Position numbers and translations under genes: made by a program. This document shows, piece after piece, positions 14,711 through 29,700 of a stretch of 64,000 bases of DNA. The stretch covers positions 54,500,001 through 54,564,000 of the forward strand of contig NW_024704743.1 in assembly GCF_018977255.1 (NCBI RefSeq), given 5' to 3'. The notes beneath the pieces were generated by a model. That model was not told the origin of the DNA. It made no database searches and worked only from the letters and a program-made list of their open reading frames with translations. Each line of letters begins with the position of its first letter. The stretch's first letter is position 1. The stretch comes from Callorhinchus milii. Taxonomy: Eukaryota.

Positions 14711-17700
14711 CTGAGGAATAAAAACATTCTTTAAGTAGAGCTACTTTAATCAGTATTATATACAATATAGTTTAAATTTATATAGCGCATTGGGAGGATG
14801 TTTCAAAGTGGTAAGGCACTGTATCAAATGCAAAGATTATTATTATTTATAGTGCTGGATAATTTCTATCGGTTTTGACTGTGTGTTTTGTGGGTGAAAC
14901 TTTACTTCCTGTACCTCTGTGATCCTCTCCATCTTCACTCTTCTGCTAACCCCCTCCACTCAGAAAACTTGGGCTTGTTGCATGTCCCTCTCGCCTTCAT
15001 CTCACCATTGGTGGCTGAGACTTGAACCGCTATGCTCCACCCTCTGGAAATCTCTCCCTCCACCCCTCTGTCTCTTCCCTTATCTGTCTTTAAAACTCAC
15101 CTAAAAAANTGACCTATTTGTGCCATCAATGCTCTCTCTTCTCTCTTGCTACCCTGTTTGGTGTTTGGCAATGTCTCTGTTAAATGCTCCGAGACATTAC
15201 AGCTGTAAGTGCAAGTTGTTCATTATTTGAATTTTCTGCCTTCATTTTGTGTTCTCTCTAAATAATAATAATAATACTTGCATTTGATACAGCGCTTTTC
15301 ACATCTTCTAGACGTCCCAAAGCGCTTCACAGAATATACTGTAAAGTGAATTGACTGTATATTTGTGGGCGAACGCGGCAGCCAATTGCGCACAGCAGCA
15401 TCCCACAAACAGTCGTGGATTGAAAATGACCAATTTATTATTGTTTTTTGTTTTGGAGGGATTATTATTAGGCTCTGTGTGGAGTAAGGAAACTTGCCCA
15501 AGGTTTCGCCCTGCCTGGAATTGAACTCAGGTATCTCACTCTATATTACAGTCATGTATTTTTGTATGCCTGAGAGGCTGGTTGGTAATTTGAAGGTCAT
15601 CTGTGAATAGTTTCTCTACATAAATAAAGTTCTACAGCCACCGGGAAGCTGGCCATATAAAGTTAGTTTCTTGTTTCTTTTAAATGGCCAAATGACAGGG
15701 GAAACAGTTTCAGGGAATCAGAGGCCCAGAGTAGTGAGATGAGTAAAGGTGCATCACAGTTAGTCACTTAATTAAATTTTTTTTAAAACTCACCTAAGAA
15801 AATGACCTCCCAAAAAACAATGGTATGTCCTCCTGGCATGAAAGGTGCTTTACAAATGTAATTTTGTATTGTATATGTATAGAGGCAGAGCTCAAAAAAA
15901 GCCTGGAGGCCCATCAAGTCACTCGTGGGTAAGAACCACTGCATCCCCAACTCCATCTCTCCCACAAGATATACCTCCTTATTCTTCTTGTTGCGGGCAT
16001 GACTCTTGATAGGATATGATTCCATTGGCTCTATCTGCTCTCCAGTATCCTACTAACTGATCATCATTTTGCATATTCCTACACTTTACAGACGGGCGAT
16101 TGAATCATGGTAGTGATTATACTGGAGGATGATATCAGTTATATCCCTTGAAGTGTTTTCAATATGACATTGCCATAATATACAGTGTTGAAAAAAAATG
16201 AGCATCTTCTATCGATTTCAGGATAATAATTTCCTATGTCCATTTAATTGTTCTCCCCTCCCCACCTTCATGCTGGTATTAGGTCTATCAAAAGTTACAA
16301 GGAATTTAAGACTTCCAAATAGTAACACTGGTGAAGGTTCAGGACGTACCTTTTCACTCTCTGTATCAAGTGCAGATGTTGCCTCATCTAAAAGCAAAAT
16401 TTTGGGCTGTCGTATGAGGGCTCTAGCAATAGCTACTCGCTGTTTCTGCCCACCGGAAAGCTGAGTCCCTCTGTTCCCAACATACGTGCTATATTTCTAA
16501 TATTAGAAAGAGTTCCATTAACATGTTAATATAAAATGCATACAGACCACCGAGTCTCATGTAATTAAATGGATCCCTGTAACAGCCATTAACCTTGCAA
16601 TCATTAAAAACATTTAGATTTGAAGTCTAAGTCCGATGGGTCAAATCGTATTTTCAGGCTTGGGAGACAAGGCTTTTTCATCAGATAATGGCCGGAAAAT
16701 GCTTATTCAACAAAAAGTTAAAGGCCATTCCAGTGACTAATCTAAAATAAAACATTCCGTGCATCAAAAAAATGGCATCAACTGGTCTGAAGAAGAAGTT
16801 GATGAGTGAAACCATACTCTGAGGGGTGTTCTGTCCCTTAGTAGTTGTTTAGTGTTAAACTAATCTCTAAATGATTGCACAGGGAATGATTATTATATTG
16901 AATGGTTATAAACAGTTACATTGAAAATTAAAACAAAAATTAAATAAGATTTTTACATAACAGCAGAATTATGGAATATTCATGCTCCATTAGAGCTATA
17001 AATGTACACTTCACTTATGAAATGTTTATTGATGATCATTATTTATTTATAAACTTTTTTTCAACAATTCTATACTCTCAGAACAATGAGATTTTTGAGT
17101 TATTTCTTCCAATGTCAAAGCTGTTAGCTGTTTAGGAATCACACTGGTGAAGCAGTTAATCTATGTAGAATTAATTTGTAAGTAGAGACACTCATTAAGT
17201 TATGATTAAATGTAAGAAGTAGAAAACTTACATTGGGGAGTTGTTGAACGAAAGAGTGAATGTTTGCTGCTTTTGCTGCTGCTTCAATTTCCTCCTGTGA
17301 CACAGTCCTGCTGTTGTCACCATAGGCGATATTCTCAGCTATAGTGCAGTTGAAGAGCACAGGCTCCTGTGATACAATGCCTATTTGTGATCGAAGCCAC
17401 TGGATGTTCAAGTTTCTGATATCATTTCCATCTAATAACTACAATTAGAACAAGAGTCAGTCATAGCTCAAGAGCTCCATTTAAACATATAACATGTGTT
17501 GATTTATGCACGTCAGGAATTGGATCTATTCATTTACATCTAAGTCATAACTAAACAATTTCCTATATTCACCTCTTTTTATCTGATAATGAAAGTTCTT
17601 GTGTTTGATAATGGTGCCTTTTACATTGGGAAGATGTCTCAAAGTGCTGAATCTAAGTAGAGACATTCATTAAGTTACGATTAAATGTAATACAATAAGT

Positions 17701-20700
17701 ATTATACTTACATTGGAGAGTTGTTGAATTAAAGAGTAAATGTTTACTGCTTTCTTTTCAATCTCCTGTGACACAATCCTGCTGCTGTTGCCACAGGCAA
17801 TATCTATAATAATAATCCTGCATTTGATATAGCGTCTTATTATGTCTTCAAAACATCTCAAAGCGCTTCACAGAATATACTGTCAAGTGAGTTGACTGTA
17901 TATTTTGTGGGTGAAACACGGCAGCCAATTGCATACAGCAGTGTCCCACAAACAGTCGTGGATTGAGTGACCAATTTTATTTTGGGGCATTGATGGCCAG
18001 GACACCGAGAGAGAAATTCCCTTCTTTCTTTGAATAGTGCCTTTTTTTAAATTTCTTTTTTTGAAGAAATTATTACCCCTGGAAAAGCGATACGCCAATT
18101 GACTAACATCCAGGTTCCTACTTACTGCTGGGTAAACAGAGGCGTGTGGAGTAAGGAAACTTGCCCAACGTTTCGCCCTGCTCGGTATCAAATCCAGGTC
18201 TCTCGCTTGTCAGATGAATGCCTTAACTATTGAGCTACAGGACACCACATATATTCTCAGCAATAATGCGGTTGAATAGCACAGGGTTGACCAATTGTAT
18301 TTGGGAGTTTTGATCAGGACACTCTGAGAAACTCCCTTCTCTTTTTGAGTAATTGTTTGAATCAAATATCTACCCAATTTTTCACAAAGAGATTTCTCCC
18401 ACTTCCCACCACCAAAAAGTATGTTTTCAGTCCTTAATGGAAAATTACTCTCAGATTAATCCTGGGACCATTTAATATAGTTCTTGTGGATCTGAGGTGG
18501 ATAATATGATAAGCTGTGGTTATCATGGTGAAAAACTTGAAAATATTCCTCCTCACTCTGGGAATTAGTGGAATTGTTACAAGATTTCTATTTAACATTG
18601 AAAATTGTTAGCAGTTATCCCACTGCACACTAGGAAAAGGTGAGTATGATTCCATATTGCATTGTTAGTCCTTAAAGGAAGTATTCGTCTTACACCACAC
18701 ATTGGTCTTCCTCATAAAAAGGAAAAAAAAGACATTGAAGGCCGTGAAGGAAAATGACACAGAGTAAAGATGGACTCATTACCAGAATGCATGCCAGGAT
18801 TGTAAGAAAGGTATCAGAATAACAAAGAAAAATTTTGAACTGAACAAATGTAAAGATGTGAAGGATAACAATAAAACATTTTTCAGTTTCATTAAGAGAA
18901 GTCAAATGAGGGATGGTATAGGGAAATTGAAAGTGGGATCGGGTGAGGATATGACAAATGATGCTACACAAGCTGCAGAAAGAACTTAAGAACATAAGAA
19001 TTAGGAGCAGGAGTAGGCCATTCGGCCCCTCGAGCCTACCCCGCCATTCGATAAGATCATGGCTGATCTTCAGACCTAACTCTAATTACCTGCTCTGTCC
19101 CCATATCCCCTAATCCCTCTATTTTTAAAAAATCTATCAGTCTCAGTCTTGAAGATGTTCAAGGACTGAGCATCTACAGCCTTCTGGGGTGGTGAATTCC
19201 ATAAATTTACTACCCTCTGAGTGAGGAAATGTTTCCTCAACTCTGTTCTAAAAGGCTAACCCTTAATTTTAAGACTGTGACCCCTGATTATAGATTCTCC
19301 TACCAGGGGAAACAGACCCTCAGTGTCTACTTTATCAGCCCTTTAAGAATCTTATATGTTTCAATAAGATCTCCCCTAATTCTTCTGTACTCTAGAGAAT
19401 ATAGCCCTAGTTTATTCAACTTATCTTCATAGGTCAGTCCTCTTATCCCAGGAACTAGCCTAGTGAATCTACACTGCACCCCCTCTAGGGCAAGTATGTC
19501 TTTTTTTAAATAAGGAGACCAAAACTGCACACAATACTCTAGGTGCGATCTCACCAAGACCCCTTACAGTTGCAGCAAGACTTCCCTACTCTTGTACTCT
19601 AAACCTTTTGCAATGAACGCTAACATGCCGTTCGCCTTCTTAGTTGCTTGCTGCACCTGCAAACTAACTTTTTGAGACTTGTGTACAAGGACACCCAAAT
19701 CCCTCTGAACACTAACACTATCTAATCTCTCCCCCTCTAGAAAATAATCTGTTTTTCTATTTTTTCTACCTAGGTGAATAACTTCACACTTCCCCACATT
19801 AAATTCCATCTGCCACCTCCTCGCCCACTCCCCTAGCCTATCTATATCCTGTTGCAATCTTTTTGCATCATCCTCAGAGCTTACTCTCCCACCTAGTTTA
19901 GTGTCATCTGCAAATTTAGATACGTTACATTCAATGTCCTCGTCTAGATTATTGATTTAAATTGTAAATAGCTGAGGCCCAAGCACTGATCCTTGTGGCA
20001 CTCCACTAGTCACATCCTGCCAATTTGAGAATTCGTGCTCGCTGGGAATTTTGCACTATCTCCTTAAACGTCAGCCATTGCTGGTCTACTGTCAAATCCT
20101 TAAGTCTAATTTCCCAATTTATTTTGGCTAAATCCTCTCTCATATCAGCAAAATTGCTCTACTTAAATTTAAAACCTTTACTTCGGATTTAACTACTTCT
20201 CTCTCTAACTTATTGCTAAATTCCATCATATTATGAAATAATATGGACTAAATACATTTTTTACCTCAGATTTTAGCAAAGAGGAGATGGTAAATTTATT
20301 GGATCTGGAAAGGGAACTCAGTGGTGCTGCAGAGGCAAGATGTGACATTATACATATCACTACCAACATAGTTCCCGAACAACTGTGCAAACTTAACGTA
20401 AACAAATTCCAAGTGCCGGATAAATTGCATCCGAGGGAGGAAATTGCAGAACTCTGCCACAAATCTTTCAGAAATCACTGGATACTGAAGAGATGCCTGG
20501 GGACTGGCGAAAGGTAGATGGTTCTCCTATTTTCAAAAAAAATGTAGCAAAAGTGACCCAGGAAACTACATACCAGTGAGTTTGACTTCCATTGAGGGTA
20601 AAGTTATGGAGACTCTTATCAAAAATAATCTTTGTATTTGATACTGTGCCTTATCACGTCTTCGAGACATTTCAAAGCGCTTCACAGAATATACTGTAAA

Positions 20701-23700
20701 GTGAATTGAGTCTATATTCACTGTATATTCAAAATAAGATCATGGAGCATCTGGACAGTAATAAAATGATAAAATATAGCCAATATGGGTTTACGAAGAG
20801 GAGATTCTGCCAAAGTAATTTACTGGTTTTCTGTGACTGTGTGACAAAGGAGCTTGATAAGGGTAAGACAGCGGATGTTGTATATCTGGATTTCAGTAAG
20901 ACCTCATGAAAGGCTGGTACGGAAAGTAAAGAAAGCGGGAATCAGTGGAAGTATGTTGCAATGGATACACAATTGGCTGACTGATCCCAGAAGTGGTGGT
21001 ACAGAGAATGTCATCAGGCTGGGAGAATGTTACCAGTGAAATTTCACAGGGTGTCTGTTTTGGGACCTTTTTTATTTAACATCTTCATAGAGTACCTGGA
21101 GCGAGGAGCCACGAGCACAGTGGCTAAATTTGCAGTAGACATAAAGCTAATGAAGGTGGTAGACTGCAAAGATGAACAGGGTAGGTTACAGGAGGAATTG
21201 AAATTCTTGGGAATTGGGCAGATCAAATTTAATGTAGAGAAATGTAAAGTGCATCACATGGGGACACAAAACCAGGAAGGGACTATTATTTAAAATGGTA
21301 AGAAAACAATTTTTACAGAAAGTGAAAAGTTACCTGGGGATCCTGATTGATAATAAATTGACGCTATTGCAAAAGTGCTTGGTAGCAGTGAATAAGGCAA
21401 ACCAGATGCTGGGCTATATTAAAAGGGCAATATTGAGCCAAAATAGTGAGGTAATCCTGCCACTTTATAAATCACTGGTGTAAGCGCACTTGAAATACTG
21501 TGTGCAATTCTAGTCACTGCAATCTAAAAAGGATATTGCAGTAATTGAGGATACAGTCCAGTCCCTCCATCCCTTCAACCAAAATGATTGAGGGGATGGA
21601 GGAACTGGACTACGAGGAGCAATTAGATAAACTAGGCATGTTCACACTGGAGAAGAGAAGGTTGAGGGGTGATATGATTACGGTCTTTAAAATTCAGAAG
21701 GGAATAGATAATGTAGACCATGATAAGCTGTTTTATCTTGTACTAAACAGTAAATCCAGAGGACACAGCTAGAAAAATTTCTGCTAGAAAATAATATCTT
21801 GGTATACAATATATAGTTTGGGACACAACATGTCAAGCCATGTGGTGGAAGGCGAACTTGGTCTTCTTTCACCGAGCAATTTTTTATGTTTTTATGTTCT
21901 TACCACTTGTCCTTCCAGGGGCTCATAGAACCTTTCTATGAGTTGCACTGAGGTGCTTTTACCACACCCACTGCTGCCAACCAGAGCTAATGTTTGTGCA
22001 TTTCCAACTTTGACTGAAAGACCCTGGAGGATTGGGACATCCGGCCGACTCTCATATCTGAAGACAATGTTCGACAACTCCAAATCACCATTAAACTTAT
22101 CCTGTGATAAAAACACAAATAGGAATCAAACTGTCTGCTGCAACTTTGCTCTCACCTCTTTAGGCAACAAAAGATTGAACCTGAATGGAATCCTAAAGAA
22201 ACCATTTAGGCGTGCCTTGGGCACTCTTTGAAAACACATCACATGTTTATTGACAATGATTCAAACAAGCTTTTCTATTTTTGATAGCAACCTAAATTTT
22301 AACTATTAATGAACATCCCTGGTAACTCTGTCTTTTGTTTTCATATATAGAGGCTCAGTGGAGGAACTGCTTCATAATTGATAGATTTCAATAAACCAAT
22401 CCTAAGCTTGTGCTAGCTCATCCCCACTGAAGCTACAACAACAACAAATTGCATTTATATTTCATGTTGGGAAGATTTCTTAAGGCACTTGGGATTGTAA
22501 TCAAGAGGGTGGAGAAAAAGGGGGTGGGGGACAACATCTAACTTCCCTTTTAGATGTTGTTATGGCCTCAGGCTCATCAGCCACTGTGACCCAGGATTGT
22601 GACCCAACACATCACCCATGTGACCCAATGTTGTACTCTTTCCATGACAGATATCTTTTCTGTAATGGGATGCACATAGCATATAACAATAATCCTTGTT
22701 TTTGATATAGCGCTTTTCACATCTTCTAGACGTCTCAAAACTATATATATATATAATACTGTTTTGTAGAACGTTCAAACTTCCCTGTCTTTTTTTGGAC
22801 CAGATTTGTCAGTTCTCATATGGGCCACCAGCTAGAGACATACACCACTATGCCCCCAAAGAGTAGTGGGAATCTGGAACTCTCTCCCCCAAAGGCTGAA
22901 GCTAGATCTATTCAGAACTTCAAGACTGAGGTGGGTAGATTTTTTTTAGGTAAGGGTATCTAGGGGTATAGGGTAAAGGCGGTTAATTGGAGTTGAGGTA
23001 CAGATCAGCCATGGTCCCATTGAACGGTGGAACAGGCTTGAGGGGCTGAAATGACCTACTCCTGTTCCTACAGGTATTCTGTTTCACAGAGGTATGAGTT
23101 GAGCCCATGTCTAAATAAATTGCTAACTTGATTGATTCCAGGATTCCACTGAATGCCACCCTTTGGATCCCAGAATGAAGAAGCCCAGCTTTTAATGTGG
23201 ATTTGATGGAAAAGTGCTAGTGGCTCAAATTGCTTGCTCCCGAAAGAGAAGAAACTTATTATAGGAACCTAGGAGCCCTGTGACATCTTTAATTCTTGTG
23301 TTCTATATGAAAATGGGAATTTATCAGATAATGTAAAGAGGGTAGATACTTATAAATGGATATCTTTTCAAATGCTTGCAAGACCCAATCAAATTGTTTA
23401 CTGTAAATGCCCGGCATCTTAGTCTGTAAATGTTGGCCTGCTTGTTAGATTCTAAATTTTTACTTTGTCAAACCTGGGAAACAAAATACTCACCAGCTTT
23501 TGGCCATCAGTGCTGTAGCTGTCTATGGATGGCACACGTTCAAATAGTGCAAAGAGATTAGCTGCAGAGGTTTTTGCTTTTGCATAGTCAGGAGCAAAGG
23601 AACTGCTTTGTCCGACTGCCATGGCACCATACACGATGGCATTAAACACACTGAAGAATGATATTTAGAATAAGATAGGTTAATCAGGTTGAATTGTATG

Positions 23701-26700
23701 AATCACTTGTAACTTTCAAGCAGAACTGTATTCGTTGTTAGGCTTATTCTTAACCATAATGCTTACAATATAATTTATACTTATGTAGTCCCAAAGTGCT
23801 TGACAATTTGGCTGGGCACCCAAGCTTGGTTGGGAGATGAAGGGGAGGGGATGAGGAGGCAACTTACAATAATGCTAGCATTTGATATAGCATCTATCAT
23901 GTTGTCGAGATGTCTCGAAGTGCTTCACAGGAATTAATGTGAAGTGCAATAACTGTGTGTTTTGTAGGTGAATGCGGCAGCCAATTTGAACACAACAATG
24001 TCCCATAAACAACTGTGAAGTGAATGACCAATTTTGCCTGGAGGATTGTTAACCAGATAGCCTGTATTTCACAACAACAGCAAAATTACATTTGTATAGC
24101 GCCTTTCATATCGGGAAGATATCCAAGGCACTGGACAGTCAGAGTTTTGGACCCGAGCTGAGGGTCGGGATTAGGGAGGGTGGAGGGCAAGGTTGGAAGC
24201 AGGGTGGTCAAAAGCACGGTCACAGAGGAGGGTCTTGAGTTGGGTCTTGAAGGAGGCAAGGGAGGGAGCAAGGTGGAGGGATGGAGTTCCAGAGGGTGGA
24301 GGCAGAGTGGCAGAAGGCCTGCCCGCCTATGGTGGGGCAGGCGAGGTGGGGGAAGGCAGAGCGGGTCATGGGGCACAGATGTGGAGTAGAAAGGATAGTT
24401 GAGGGTCAAACAAGACACCAAGGTTCCGGATTGACTTAGTAAGGTGGAGTGAACGTCCATGGTTGGTGATGCTGTCAGCGCCTGAGGTGTGGAGCTGCTG
24501 ATGAGAGCCAATCAGGAGAGCCTCGGTCTTGTTGATGTTCAACTGTAGAAAGTTAGCTCTCATCCAGGACTTGATGTCTCACAGACATTCTGTCAGGACA
24601 GCAGTGGTTCTGGAGTCAAGGGTGGAGACACAGAGGTACAGTTGGGTGTCATCCTCATACATGTGGAAGTTGACCCCATGTCTGCGGATGATGTCACCAA
24701 GAGGAAGCTTAAATATTTATTGAAGAGGAGGGGACCAAGGACAGAGGCCTGAGAAATGCCACACAACATGGTGCGGGGGCTAGAGGAGAAAACGTTTGTG
24801 GAGATGAAGTAGAGGCGATGTGAGGGCGAAACCTTGGGCAAGTTTCCTTACTCCACGCGCCTACTAATAATCCCTCCAAAACAAAACAATAATTAATTGG
24901 TCATTTTCAATCCACGCCTGTTTGTGGGACACTGCTGTGTGCAATTGGCTGCCGCATTCGCCCACAAATATACGATCAATTCACTTTACAGTATATTCTG
25001 TGAAGCTCTTTGAGATGTCTAGAAGACGTGAAAAACGCTATATCAAATGCAAGGATTATTATTATTATTTATTATTATTTGTAATTCCTTTTTGCACTAA
25101 AATCAGACCAATGTACTCTTTAGAGGTGAAAAAATAGTTATGTGTATATTTACTGTTCTCACAAAGGTAACCTGAAGATATCTCTAGTCTAGTGTGTTTC
25201 TGCCTCACTTAGCAGCTTACAAACAAGAACATAGTAAATGATTTGAAATAAAGACACTGTCTTCATTTTCAATGTTAGCAGAGAATGACTGAATATACGT
25301 TACTTACAGGAAAACAGCTTCTATATCCATTTGATTGATTGATATGAGGTATGCACCAAACTGAAAACTGGCTGCATAGCTGAAATACTGGATGGCCTGG
25401 CTGAATGCAAAGGTCAGGCCGTATACCTGGGACTTTCTCTGAGCATTTCTGCAATATATAGCATTATATTACTTCAGCGTCACAGCCTGCATCAGCATAT
25501 TCATTTTGCACACATTAGACTGGGAAATAACAGAATTGCTCGTCGAAGATTTTGTTCACTAAAGTTTCCAATTTAGAAACAGCACAACACTATACCAATA
25601 GGTGAGTAATATAACCAACCCACAACTCTCTAACATTTTGCACTAAACCACATCAATGTTGTTTACTATGCGTTCTATACCATTAACTAATGGCTGAAAA
25701 GCTATTTGACATATATGATGTGGAACAAGACATTTTATCTTAAAATGTAACATCAGCCAAAACTGTGGAAAAAATTGTAAATTCAGACTTAATTTGGTAA
25801 CCTGTTTCTTTTTAAGTACTGTGGACAAGGTTTTCAAATTAAGCCTGAATTTAAGAATTTGCAATCGTACAAGGTGGAATTTTTTGGCCTGTTATCTATT
25901 GAAAGGGATATATGACAGCAGAAGAGATGTAAGAAGGAATCTGAATAGAAATTAGGAAAGGTTTTATTGAATTCAATACATAGAATGATACAACACAAAA
26001 ACAAGCCACATGAACCTCCACCCCTCCTTTTCATTCATATTTGCATCAAGTTCTTTTAAATATATTAATGCTTTTTGCTTCAATCATGGCGGATTTCATC
26101 TTCAAACATTGAATTCTACATTCTCTACATGAATAATTTCCTTCTAAATTCCATATTAGATCTATATTTAGCTATCTTATATTGCCAACAAAATAAAAAC
26201 CAGCAGTTGTTCTCAACTGTCACTTCAAGCTGAACAAAAGATAGATAGTAAAAGGAAATCATGATGCTAGAAGGTGTCTTAAATAATAGCACCAGTTTTG
26301 AAAAGAAAACTTTTCGATGGTTAGTTTGGTAAGGATTTACTGACCTAAATGGTTTCTTTAGATTTTCATCATACATTTTTTCAAATGCAGATTCTCTGGT
26401 CAAAGAAACAACGGTCCGGATATTTTCCACTGCTTCTGATGCGACCTTTAAATTAGGAAAAATTATTTAGATGAATTTATGTTGCTGTGAGATTCAATTT
26501 AAAATTTTCAAAACCTCCACTGCTGACACAGCACACATTGTTAGCTATTACAAGTCCTGAGATTTCTCAGAATCTTGCCTTACGATTTAAGATTGTTGTT
26601 TCAGAATCCACACAATCTCAGTCTTCATTTGGAAGTTGCTTTTCCACAAAATGTTATAAGAACTTTGAAATCCTGGCTTCCAAATTAAGAAATCAATCCA

Positions 26701-29700
26701 TTGTAAATGTCTTAAGAGGTAGATAAAGAGAACATATACTGTATGGTTACAATATACAGTAATAAGGATAGATTGAAGGGATGGAGAATGTTAACAGCTG
26801 GAATGGATTATGAAGAAGGGTGTTTGTGCTCAGTTAACTTATCTGATATAAAAAAGTGCTTAAAGGATTGGATTTCTGACAGGATGAGCTAAAATGGACC
26901 ATCTTCATGGATCGGAGTCAGAAGGTTGTCAGCTAAGACACCATATTGTCGAAGCTGACACCCTCCCTAATGCAGTGTTGGGGGTGAGGTGGGTGGGGCA
27001 TTCAAAAAGAAAAGAGAGTTTCTCCTGGTGTCTTAGCTGACAATACCCCAAATATAATTGGTCATTCACTTTATGGGCTAATACTAGACCGTTGCTGTGT
27101 GCAAATTAGCTGCTGTGTTCACCTAGAAACATACACAGGTACAACACTTCACATTAAATCCTATGAAGCGCTTTCCAGAGTGAAAGGCATTCTTTTCAAA
27201 TGCAAGGATTATTATTAGTCATCTTTATCTCTCATGTGAGATAATTCCCGCTCTCCCTATTTCTAAAAGGATGATGTGTGATGATGGAATATTACCAACA
27301 ACTTTGTTAGAAATTGAAGAAATGTTTTACATTATGTTGTTGGACATATGTGGATAAACTAACAATGGGTTGGCAAATAAGCAGTTTATTCATACATTAG
27401 GGCTGGGAAACTGAATTTTGGGAAATGTATTAACTTTGGTGGTTGGGTGTTACAATGGGGTTTTAAATTTATAAATGGAGTAGAGCTCCATTTATAAGTT
27501 TAAAAGTTTGGAGGCCTGGTGTTCACCTGAACACTGACTTTATGCTTGCTTTAGGTTACCCAGAAAAATGCTGCCTGCTCCCTTTCCACCATGCACTGCG
27601 TAGAGCCCAGTGTGCCTGTGTCTGCCACCGCCCCCACCTGGGAATTGGGTAGTGTCACCCATGTGGGGCAGCCTGGGTAAGCCACACTGCCATTGGTGGC
27701 TCCACGTGATTGTGCTGAGTGTCGCACTTGGATTGCCACAGATCCATGCCCGCAGTCCACTAACAGGGTAGTTTCACCCACACGGGGTACCCTGGTGGGG
27801 CCCTAGGCATGGACTCCGTAGGCCTGTGAGTCCATTCGTTCCTAGCTTCACAGGAAGTACGATAAAGCATAGTAATTGTGTACATTTTGTGGACAAATGC
27901 AACAGCTAATTTTGACACAGCAATGTTCCACAATCAGCCATAAAGTGAATGACCAATATTGTGAAGGACCCCCTCTCACTCAAACATCTCATATTTTATC
28001 ACCTTTCAAAGTCCTCCAAGGCCTTGCTCTTCCCTACCTCTGTGAACTGCTAATTCAATATCAACCTGTCTGCTCCCTCCGCTCAGCAGGCTGTGGTCTG
28101 CTCCACATCCCCCGCCCGGCCCACCCCACCTCACCATCCGTGGTCGGGCCTTCAGGATCTCTGGCCCCACCCATTTGGAACTCCACCCCACCCCATAGTC
28201 CCTTCGCCTCATTCCCTGCCTTGCCTCCTTTTAAGGTATGTCTCAAGATCCTCCTCTTCAACCATGCATTTGGCCACCCTGCTATCCTCCCTGCCCTCCA
28301 ACGTTCCTGATCCCAAACCCCAAATCCCTAATTGTCGAGCATCTTGGAATGTCCTCCTGACTTGAAAGGTGCTGTACAAATGTAATTTGTTGTTGTTATT
28401 GTTCATGTACTCTCACACTCACAAAAAGGCACCAACCAAATTTACCAATCACCCCTCAAAAATGAGGCATTTTTTCAATGGTTTAGTGCAACTGAAATGA
28501 ACATAAGAACATAAGAATTAGGAGCAGGAGTAGGCCATTCGGCCCTTCGTGCCTGCTCCGCCATTCAATAAGATCATGGCTGATCTTCTCACCTAACTCC
28601 GATTACCTGCCCTATCCCCATATCCCCTAATCCCTCTATTTTTCAAGAATCTATCAGTCTCAGCCTTGAAGATGTTCAAGGACTGAGCATCTACAGCCTT
28701 CTGGGGTAGTGAATTCCATAAATTCACTACCCTCTGAGTGAAGAAATGTTTCCTCAACTCTGTTCTAAAAGGCTGACCCTTAATTTTAAGACTGTGTCCC
28801 CTGGTTATAGATTCTCCTACCAGGGGAAACAGTCCCTCTGTGTCTACTTTATCCAGCCCTTTAAGAATCTTATAAGTTTCAATAAGATCCCCCCTAATTC
28901 TTCTGTACTCTAGAAGCAGGAGTTTAACAGTTTATTCAGTTTATCCTCATAGGTCAGTCCCCTCATCCCAGGAAGTAACCGAGTGAATCTACGCTGCACC
29001 CCCTCGAGGGCAAGTATGTCCTTTTTTAAATAAGGAGACCGAAACTGCACACAACACTCTAGGTGCGGTCTCACCAAAGCCCTATACAGTTGCAGCAAGA
29101 CTTCCCTACTCTTATATTCTAAACCTTTCGAAATGAACGCTAACATACCGTTCGCCTTCTTAGTTGCTTGCTGCACCTGCAAACTAACTTTTTGGGACTG
29201 GTGTACAAGGACACCCAAATTCCTTTGAATACTAACACTATCTAACTTCTCCCCTTCCAGAAAATAATCTGTTCTTTTATTCTTGCTACCTAGGTGAATG
29301 ATTTCACACTTGCTAACATTGAATTCCATCTGCCACCTACTCGCCCGCTCCCCTAGCCTATCTATATCTTGTTGCAATCTTTTTGCATCATCCTGAGAGC
29401 TCACTCTCCCACCTAGTTTAGTATCATCCGCGAATTTAGACACATTACATTCAATGTCCTCGTCCAGATCATTGATGTAAATGGTAAATAGCTGAGGCCC
29501 AAGCACTGATCCTTGTGGCACTCCACTAGTTACATCCTGCCAATTCGAGAATGATCCGTTTATCACTACTCTCTGCTTTCTACCCAATAGCCACTCTTCT
29601 ATCCATGTTAATATTTTCCCATTAATCCCGTGGGCCTTGATCTTGAGTAATAGCCTTTTGTGTGACACCTTGTCAAATGTCTTCCTAAAATCCAAATATA

